In this document: positions 19,702 through 27,754 of the stretch, in pieces
Layout: every line of letters starts with the position of its first letter
How positions within the stretch are numbered: the stretch's first letter is position 1
NCBI GenBank assembly: GCA_977020255.1
Contig: CDROCS010006384.1
Location: 1-64,000 of the forward strand
Reading direction: 5' to 3'
From: Obrimoposthia wandeli
Lineage: Eukaryota
Length of the DNA: 64,000 nt
Notes under the pieces: generated by a model
What the model was told of the DNA's origin: nothing
Seen by the model: only the letters and a program-made list of their open reading frames with translations
Databases searched by the model: none
Translations under genes and position numbers: made by a program

Positions 19702-21039
19702 TTAGCTCTGCAGCGTTAATTTTTTAGCTTGAATTTTCATACCTTGAAAAATTTTATCTGATAGTTCAGTAGGAAAGTCTTTGGGCAACATAACGGTAAC
19801 GTTTTTAATTACAGTATCAACCATCTGTACTGTCGAGGCAATTAGCCCAACAACTTCCTTTTCGTTAAAACCTACGGCCTGCCCCTGTTTTATAAAATGA
19901 CGATATTGTATTTTTTGTAACTGATAATAATTTTTACTACCGCGTATTGCCATTGCCATTTTTACTTTTTGCTTTGCTATCTGATCGGTTTTGTTACCCA
20001 CTAGCGGGTGTATGGATAACACGTCATATAGCGGGGTTAGCTTGTATGCATTATTTGGCAAATGCGTAATGCTGAAATTTTTAGCATGCCCATCTGTTGC
20101 AGCCAATATGTAAAAAATAATTTGAGCTTTAAAAAAGCGCACTTTATCAATTGTCGAGTTTTCACTATTTGACAACAACTGCATGCAATCATCAACACTC
20201 AAACCGCCATCGCTTTGGTATTTATGTAATGGTGACATGCCTTTCGCCTGACAAAAATCTTCCTGCGGTAAACGAATAATCCATGATCCATCCGCAGAAA
20301 ACTTTCGATCAAAACGCTCAACTATCAGCGCTTTTTTATCGCCAAAAACACCAATATCGCAATGTGCAATGGGTATATCAAATTCAGCCATTATTTTTGA
20401 ACACAGCCACTCGTTTTCAACCGATGCCTGCATATCAGCTTTCATATTGCCGACTAAACCCATAGGCAACTTGAATATGTGCGTGGTAGGTGTTTCCCCT
20501 AAAGGCTCACACCATTCATTATTATGCCAAAGCAGCGCTGTTTTTTCTTGAGCACCAGCAAGTGATATTCTCAACTCATCATCATCGTCTAATCGACCTA
20601 AAGGATAGCTATCGACGGTTTTCCGAAGTATTTCTGCCACTTGTGAGTCATCTAACGATCTATAGTGTATTTGCTTAATGTTATTAGGTTGCTCACCCTC
20701 AGGTAATAATTGAATAGCGCCAATGCAATCACGGCCAAGCGCAACGAGTAAATCAAAAACGTTAACACTTGTGGTATTAAATCGACGAGCCAAACGCTGT
20801 CGAATGTCTTGACTATCAGGCAATAAATTATCAAAATAAAACGAAACCTCATCACCTTTTATAATTTGATTACCCGGTGTAAAAGGCAATGATAAAGACA
20901 ATGGCCGACCTCGTGGGTTTGCTAACCATTCATCAGTATATTGCAGCTCATCAGTACCGGCTTTTATTCGCCAATAACCTACAAACTCACCATTCATCCA
21001 TATAGTTAATGAATTTACCTTGCGCTTCGCCATTACCAT
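19702..21039 (-). CDS. hipA: HipA family Ser/Thr kinase toxin
   Basis: N-terminal couple_hipA domain (PLSLSLP, FDNLLPD), ISLAGAQEKTAL P-loop, ATDGHAKNFS, LTPLYDVLS. Confidence 0.93.
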   Translation of the reverse strand: MVMAKRKVNSLTIWMNGEFVGYWRIKAGTDELQYTDEWLANPRGRPLSLSLPFTPGNQIIKGDEVSFYFDNLLPDSQDIRQRLARRFNTTSVNVFDLLVALGRDCIGAIQLLPEGEQPNNIKQIHYRSLDDSQVAEILRKTVDSYPLGRLDDDDELRISLAGAQEKTALLWHNNEWCEPLGETPTTHIFKLPMGLVGNMKADMQASVENEWLCSKIMAEFDIPIAHCDIGVFGDKKALIVERFDRKFSADGSWIIRLPQEDFCQAKGMSPLHKYQSDGGLSVDDCMQLLSNSENSTIDKVRFFKAQIIFYILAATDGHAKNFSITHLPNNAYKLTPLYDVLSIHPLVGNKTDQIAKQKVKMAMAIRGSKNYYQLQKIQYRHFIKQGQAVGFNEKEVVGLIASTVQMVDTVIKNVTVMLPKDFPTELSDKIFQGMKIQAKKLTLQS

Positions 21040-21308
21040 TCATCCTGATGTGTTTTTTGGCTACAAGAATTTCCATTAAGCTCTTTGGTATTATCTACAA
21101 ATTGTAATTTAATACCTAAAACGATTAATACTTTATACAAACGTTCTAACGTGGCTTTTTGTGGTGCACTTTCTAGCGTTTGATAGCTCTGCTGACTAAT
21201 ACTGAGCTTTTCAGCCAGTGCCTTTTGTGAAAGGCCATGAGACTTTCTAAACCCTACTAAAATAGGTTTGAGCTGATCTAAAGTATTAATAGTGTAATTA
21301 ATTTTCAT
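21033..21308 (-). CDS. hipB: HipB-like XRE HTH antitoxin
   Basis: LSQKALAEKLSISQQSYQTLE HTH; overlaps the hipA start; likely start MKINY at 21308 (track: 21320). Confidence 0.85.
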   Translation of the reverse strand: MKINYTINTLDQLKPILVGFRKSHGLSQKALAEKLSISQQSYQTLESAPQKATLERLYKVLIVLGIKLQFVDNTKELNGNSCSQKTHQDEW

Positions 21309-21313
21309 TCTGC

Positions 21314-21390
21314 AAAACAACCTATAACCTGTTATTGTGAAAAACAGTATATAAGCTGTATTTCATAAAAACAACTTATAAGCTGTTATT
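21314..21390. promoter_or_regulatory. Three HipB operator palindromes, 27-bp period
   Basis: Units at 21314, 21341, 21368; consensus core ACAGCTTATAAGCTGT is a perfect palindrome. Confidence 0.8.
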
Positions 21391-21463
21391 TCGAGTTGAT
21401 GATGATCATGGCGATGGTGACAAAGGATTAGGTCGCCTATCTAAAGACTAAAGACAAGTTTAA

Positions 21464-21541
21464 AACGGCGCAGACCAATCGTATGCCGACTACAACGCTA
21501 ATCCCTTTACCTTTTCAGTGGGCTTGGTGCATTCGCAATAA
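21464..21541 (+). repeat. Direct repeat copy 3 (internally deleted)
   Basis: Matches about 17061-17123 joined to about 17206-17222. Confidence 0.93.
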
Positions 21542-21722
21542 GGAAGTGTGCTAGGATTTACAATCAAATGATGAACAATAATGGTTATAAATTTGAATGC
21601 TTTATTGAACTAATATGCGTCTTCTATCAAGTTAACGGGCAAACTAGCCAGTAGATAATACCGACTAGTTTGCGACTTTAAACATAATAAAAATGCTAGC
21701 TAAACAGCCTAAAATGGCACGT

Positions 21723-22961
21723 CTAAAATTGCACCCCAAACATTGACGCTAAGTCATCATCAAAGTTAAAAAAAGGTGAAGCTTCGCGTTGCTTAATGCG
21801 AGTATTTAACTCAGCCTTTAGTGTTTTTAACGTTGAAGTGCTAACAATAAACTGGTTAATAGACATCACTTCATCTTCTAATCGTTCGGCATGTATCACG
21901 ATATTCTCTGTGGTTATTTTATTACTTCTACCATGAAAATGTTCCCAAACAATAGCTTCAGGTGTATCGGCCGACTTTAACTCCTTAAGCTCAGCGTTTA
22001 ATTCACTCACCTTCTTCGATAGCAAAGCTTCAATTGCCGCTAGTGTTTCAGCATCAAAGTTGAAAGAGTCGTCGTCAATGTGCTCGTGGTAAAGCGTTAG
22101 CAGTGTAAACACATCTTTATTTTCTCTAGCACTGGCAAGCTGCTGCATTAAATCATGCTTAATCGCTTTTTTAGTGGCATCACTTTCTTTATCTGGATGA
22201 AGCTTAGACGCAAGGCGCTTATACATTTTATTTAATTGGCTGCCTTTAAATAATTTTTCCAAGATACCTAGCTCATGCCTATTTTCTCTCTCTGAAAAAT
22301 CTCTGTAGTCCTGATAATCAAAACCGTCAAAGAAGTCTTCATCAGATTCTGCATCGAACTCTTCATCAAGCTTTGCATTATATTCATCCTCCTCTGTCAA
22401 TTCCTCCTCATTCATTTTTTCATGAAAACGTTGAATATGTTCTTGGATCAAAGCAGGATTTTTAATTATCTCAATTAGCTCCTCACGATTAAACTGCATT
22501 TCGCCATCAAACATCTCATCTAACATGTTAGCTAGCTCGACAATACTCTCTTCATCTACCGCTTGGTCTAAACTTTCAGCCAATAGTGTCAATTCTGTAT
22601 TTATTTGTTCACGTAAATCAGCAACATCAATACCTTCAGAGAAAGGATGTGTAGCTAAATAATCGATATCATCCGAAATCCACCCTAACAGCTCATTTCT
22701 TTGCTTATCGGTTAATGACTTTTTTGAGAGAAAGTGTATTAAATGCTCAACTTGTGCAGTAATGGCTTCAGCTAACTCTTGTTCAGCGGGCTGTGCTTGC
22801 TGTTTAAATTGCTCAAACAGCTTACTTCTTTTTTTAATGAAGTTAGCATTACGCTTTTGATGTTTTTCTATTTTTATCCACAAAGAAGACAGCGCGCTTG
22901 ACGGTTTATTCTTTTCATTTTCAGCGCTGAATTTACTTAACTCGGGAATGAAATCGCTCAT
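21723..22961 (-). CDS. J-domain (HPD) containing protein
   Basis: MYKRLASKLHPDKE J-domain signature after an acidic linker; N-terminal coiled-coil-like region. Confidence 0.8.
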   Translation of the reverse strand: MSDFIPELSKFSAENEKNKPSSALSSLWIKIEKHQKRNANFIKKRSKLFEQFKQQAQPAEQELAEAITAQVEHLIHFLSKKSLTDKQRNELLGWISDDIDYLATHPFSEGIDVADLREQINTELTLLAESLDQAVDEESIVELANMLDEMFDGEMQFNREELIEIIKNPALIQEHIQRFHEKMNEEELTEEDEYNAKLDEEFDAESDEDFFDGFDYQDYRDFSERENRHELGILEKLFKGSQLNKMYKRLASKLHPDKESDATKKAIKHDLMQQLASARENKDVFTLLTLYHEHIDDDSFNFDAETLAAIEALLSKKVSELNAELKELKSADTPEAIVWEHFHGRSNKITTENIVIHAERLEDEVMSINQFIVSTSTLKTLKAELNTRIKQREASPFFNFDDDLASMFGVQF

Positions 22962-23278
22962 GACAATATTTTTGTTGGCCTAGTGATAAAGCTATTGTAG
23001 CTAAATAATAAGCTATAGCGCAAAGGCGATTGTTAGTCAGCTTTTTCACCTAAGCACTGAGAGCTACTACCGCCTTGTAACACAGCAACATCCGTCATTG
23101 GCATTAAACATACTAAGGTGATTTAATGCTTAATAATGTGTGAATGGAATCATCAGGTAAAAACCATGTGTCGAACAAATCAAATTATATCGACACGTGT
23201 GAGCTTCATGTTTATGGACTAAGCATGAGAAGTCATAAGCGCAGCTCGTGACCATGCTAATTAAAAGTTGAACATTGT

Positions 23279-23391
23279 TTTTTCCACTGACTTGGGTATT
23301 TTCAGCAAATATCGAAAAAGGACGCCGGTTAGTAGGTTATATCTTTCATAGTTTTGAATTAGATGAGATCAGGTTGGTATATTTGTAATAG
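23279..23391 (+). repeat. Direct repeat copy 4 (highly decayed)
   Basis: Translates as FQQISK..RRLVGYIFHSFELDEIRLVYL* versus FHQISKKKRQLVGYICHGFERDDTGLVHSQ* in copy 1. Confidence 0.8.
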
Positions 23392-23783
23392 AACGATAGT
23401 CATTAAAAAAGGCACTCAAACTGTCAGCACATTATTGTGCCATTTAGCAATTACACAAACGTGCGCAGTAAATTCTCTATTAACATTGTTCACCAAACGA
23501 AAGATTATCTTGCTCAATTATCACCAGTTGATAAGATATGCAACCTTATGTATATGTGTACAGGCTTTTACAAGATTTCATATTGAGCCATCACCATAAT
23601 GTAGTTGAATGAAATCCAGTGTTATCAATTTATACTAGCAAGCCAGTATGTATGATTATTTAAGATACATAGTGCTTAATAAGTACCGCATTTAAAGTGT
23701 AAATAATCAAAATTTAGCCAAGTAAGAGTTTAATATACTCTATCTTAAGAACAGTCATCAAAAAATTTTAATAGTAGTGAGTA

Positions 23784-24845
23784 ATGAAAAATAAGAAATA
23801 CTTAGTAGATTTATTTTCAGGTTGTGGTGGTTTATCACATGGCTTCGAAATGGCAGGTTTTGAATGTATTATTGGCGCAGATATTGATGCCCCTGCGTTA
23901 AAGACATTCGCTCATAATCACCCGCATGCAGCCCCCTTAAAACTAGATTTATCAGAGCCAGAAAGTATTGATAAAATTATAGAGAAAATTAATGGCCGTA
24001 ATGTCGATGTAATTGTTGCTGGTCCGCCTTGCCAAGGATTTTCTTTAACTGGTACGCGAGATGAAAATGATAAAAGAAATAAACTTTTTTATTCAGTTTT
24101 CACATTAGCAGAGCGTATAAAACCTAAGTATATTGTTATTGAAAATGTGCACAAGATTGTAACCTATATCCAAGGCAGAGCAAGAGCTGCTATTTTGGAA
24201 GAATTCAGCCGCCTGGGTTATTCTGCGTCAGAAAAATTAATTTTTGCGCCTGACTACGGTGTACCACAAATTAGAAAAAGAATGTTTTTTGTCGGTGTAT
24301 TAGGTGATGAAATGTTTGAATTTCCAAAACCTACTCATCAGCCAGAAGAGTATATAACTTGTGAGCAAGCCATCGGAGATCTTCCATCATTAGAGTCACA
24401 ACTTGGCTTAGAGGAAATTGATTACTCCACTCCAGCTCAGAGCAATTATCAAGAATTGATGAGGGCAAATTCTACTAATTTATTTAACCATGTAGGTACT
24501 AAGCACACAGATTTGGTGATTTCTGTTATACGACAGTTCCAGAGGGTGGAAATCACAAAAACCTTCCTCCAGGAGTCGGTGACTCTCGAAAATTTAATGA
24601 AGCATGGACTAGGTATCACAGCAAAAAACCATCAAAAACTATTGATACAGGCCATAGAAATCACTTCCATTATAAATGGGATCGCGTACCAAGTGCACGT
24701 GAAAATGCCCGTTTACAATCATTCCCTGATTGTTTTCAGTTTATCGGACCAAAAAACTCAGCAATATAAACAGATTGGTAATGCTGTTCCTCCTTTACTA
24801 GGCTTTGCTCTTGGTAAGCAAATCTTAAGGAATGGATATAAGTTA
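23784..24845 (+). pseudogene. C5 DNA cytosine methyltransferase M1 (compensating frameshifts)
   Basis: DLFSGCGG, GPPCQGFS, ENV, QIRKR, QIGNAVPP; motif IX (RENARLQSFPD) is present only in the alternative frame between about 24537 and 24756. Confidence 0.85.
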
Positions 24846-26072
24846 ATGTTCAATACAATTGATCTTTTTCTTTGGGTGCGGCGGATTAACGGATGGCTTC
24901 AAAAAGTCAAAGAAAATTTAATATGTTGGCAAGGTGTTGAATTAAAAATGCAATGCTAACTTTTGAAAACGATTAAAGTAAATGGCACTACCAAGATGCA
25001 GAAGGCGTATTGTCCACTTTGACATACAAAAGAATGATGAGTTAATAAATGGTTTTGAACAGCTTTGGCGGCTATAAACCTTCCGTTGGGCTTAAGCAAC
25101 TAGTTGGAAACACCAAGCGATGATGTTGTGATTGGGGGTCACTTACATGCCAAAGCATATTCAATTCTTTGGAAGAATTCGTGACAAGAACGGCATGCAT
25201 GATGATTACTGTAATTATTTATTTGAGTCTTATATAAAGTAGTAAAGACATTCAACCTAAGAGTATGTATTTTTGAAAATGTCAAGATAATGTTAAGTAC
25301 AAGCCCTGGAGGAATGTCGATTATTCACAGGGTAACGAGCATTGATAGAGGCAAGGGGTATTTTTTATATCCTACTAACTTAAGTCGGATGCTTTATTTG
25401 ACACATCTGACTTTGGTATACCCCTCAAAAGCGGTTGCGATTAATTATTATCGCTTTAAAAAAGCTGATTTTCTCGATTGTGAAAGTAAAATGAAAGAGT
25501 TTTATAATCATTTAAATAGCTTTAAAGTTGCTGAAAAATCTACAGTTGAAAAGAAATGCACTTCAGGGGCTCCCAAAAATATTTCCGCTCAAGGAACCTG
25601 AGAAACGCAGTTCTCATTTTGTCCCCAAAGAAGAAAGTATTAAAGACCTAACGAGCCATGAACCTCGTTATCATAACCTTAGGGATGTTGAGATATTTAA
25701 GTTATTAGCCATGGATATAAAAACTAAACAAAATAAATATATACATGCTGATGCCTTAAAAGCCACTTTATACAGAAAAAACAGGAAAGTATCAGCGGTT
25801 CATAAATATCACGTTCTTCGATGCAGACTTACCAAGCAATAATACCCGCCCATCTCTATAAAGATGGTTTGAGACATATTCATCCAGATCCAGTGCAAGC
25901 AAGAAGTATTACTGTAAGGGAAGCAGCACGTCTGCAAACTTTTGATGATGATTTTGAGTTTATAGGTGGGAGTGGCGCTAGTTATAAAATGATTGGTAAT
26001 GCAGTTCCTCCACTATTTGCGAAGTATGTTGCATTAGCAGTCAATAAATTACTTATTTCAGAGGGTGTATGA
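24846..26072 (+). pseudogene. C5 DNA cytosine methyltransferase M2 (fragmented)
   Basis: MFNTIDLF..GCGG start, decayed GGPPCQAYS near 25135-25165, FENV, and VREAARLQTFDDDF...MIGNAVPP in the terminal fragment. Confidence 0.85.
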
Positions 26073-27737
26073 AAAATATAATTTGGGTCCATGAGGTTTC
26101 TGCCGGGGGGTTTAGAACAGGGCATATTTAAGCCTAGTTCCACCGAAAGTTAAGGATTCAGGTTTTATTTCCAGAACCTATTAATGTAGATCATTAGGGT
26201 GAAGCTACATTCTTTAAGCTTTAATGGCATAATCAAAATAAGCTAATAAATGGCAGAAGAGATAATGTAAATAGAAGTCCAGAATGGAGATTATCTGGCG
26301 ATATAATTCGATACTTAAAAAGAATTAGATAATAAGGAAACCGCTACCTTTGGTTTTTTATAAAATGTTGATGGAAATGTTTGCTTCAGAGTTAATACCA
26401 GAAAACTCTCTTTTAAAAAAAATCTCTCAATTCAAAAAGGAGCTAAAAATAGAGTTTCAGATATTCCATAATTCAAGTGGTTCCCAAGTGGAAACTGATG
26501 TTGATTAGATTTTTCGATTGACATAAACCTCTCCAAACCTTTTATACTCCTTGCCGGTATTTCAGGTACAGGCAAAACGCGCTTTGTTCGCGAACAAGCA
26601 AAAGCAACAAATCAGTTTAATAGAACTGTTAGCCCAACCTCCAGTAAGGCCGATTGGCATGAGCCTTCTGACTTGATAGGCTATATCTCACGATTAAATG
26701 GTAATGCCGAATATATCAGTACAGATGTATTGCAATTTATCGCTAGAGCTTGGCGTGCTATTGAAAATAGTCATTTAACTATTAATACTCAAGATATTGA
26801 TGGGCAAGGTGATCGCTTAGTAGTAAATGGCGATAGTGAATCACTTAACGCGCTATTACCTTATTGGTTGTGTTTAGATGAAATGAACCTTGCACCCGTT
26901 GAGCAACTCTTTTGCGAATTACCTTTCTGTACTGAAACCCGAGAATGGAAATGGAATGGTGATAACTTCTCTTACCGTTGTGATGCTTTATTAAAGCCTA
27001 TTACGTTTGAGGCTGTAGCCGACTTAAACAAGCTGCGTAAAGACTTAGGTTTTGAAGAATCAAAATATGACGATTTATGGTCACTTGTTGTCAGCACGGT
27101 TTGAGTATTCCGTTTAACTTAATGGTGGCGGGGACGGTGAACATGGATGAAACCACGCATGGCTTTTCACGCAAAGTAATTGATCGTGCGCTGACTTTTG
27201 ATTTTGGTGAGTTTTTCCCGAATGATTACAATCAATTTTTCAGCCCTGAAAATAATGATAAAATGTAAGCTTCCCAATTTATTCGCTCGCTAAAAAAAGA
27301 ATACTTAACGAATACCATCGACAGTGACGGTCAACGAAGTATTGATTTCTTAGCGCTGTTAACGAAGTACTCACCAATACCCCCATTTCAATTAGCGTTT
27401 CGTGCATTAATGAATTGTTGTTGGCTGTCATTAGTACCCAATCCTCAATGACCCATAAAGCTGTGTGGGATGACTTTTTGATGTGCAAAGTGTTACCGCG
27501 TATTGAAGGTGATATTGATAAGCTAACAAAAGGTGGTGAAGATAAAAATATTCTTGAGCAACTTGATACATTGTTAAGGGACCAGCTTAAAACTATTTGG
27601 ACAACAAGTTAGACCCGATCTTTTTCGAAAATCACTTGAGAATGATCAACCCATAGAGATTGAATGTAGGGCGAAAGCTAAGCTAGATTGGATGCGTGCT
27701 CAACTAGAAAATGGTTTTACTAGTTTTTGGCCTTAAT
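26069..27737 (+). pseudogene. McrB-family AAA+ GTPase (fragmented)
   Basis: KPFILLAGISGTGKT Walker A (about 26535-26580), LCLDEMNLAPVE Walker B, GTVNMDETTHGFSRKVIDRA signature, GFTSFWP* end; ATGA overlap with M2. Confidence 0.85.
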
Positions 27738-27754
27738 AAGAGTAGGTAGAAAGG

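Noticed and set aside
21314-21390. 27-bp and 50-bp periodic repeats (also 32231-32355) as mini-CRISPRs or iterons
   Set aside because: They are palindromic, have very short gaps and sit directly upstream of HTH genes, which is better explained by operators
17004-23391. Repeats as a CRISPR array or integron attC sites
   Set aside because: The units are long coding-derived direct repeats with kb-sized gaps; there are no cas genes, no attC RYYYAAC/GTTRRRY inverted-core structure and no intI
23363-23599. 78-aa ORF
   Set aside because: It begins within decayed repeat copy 4, with no RBS or motif
25290-27612. Separate small genes (25290, 25528, 25821, 26673, 27077, 27415)
   Set aside because: They are frameshift fragments of M2 and McrB
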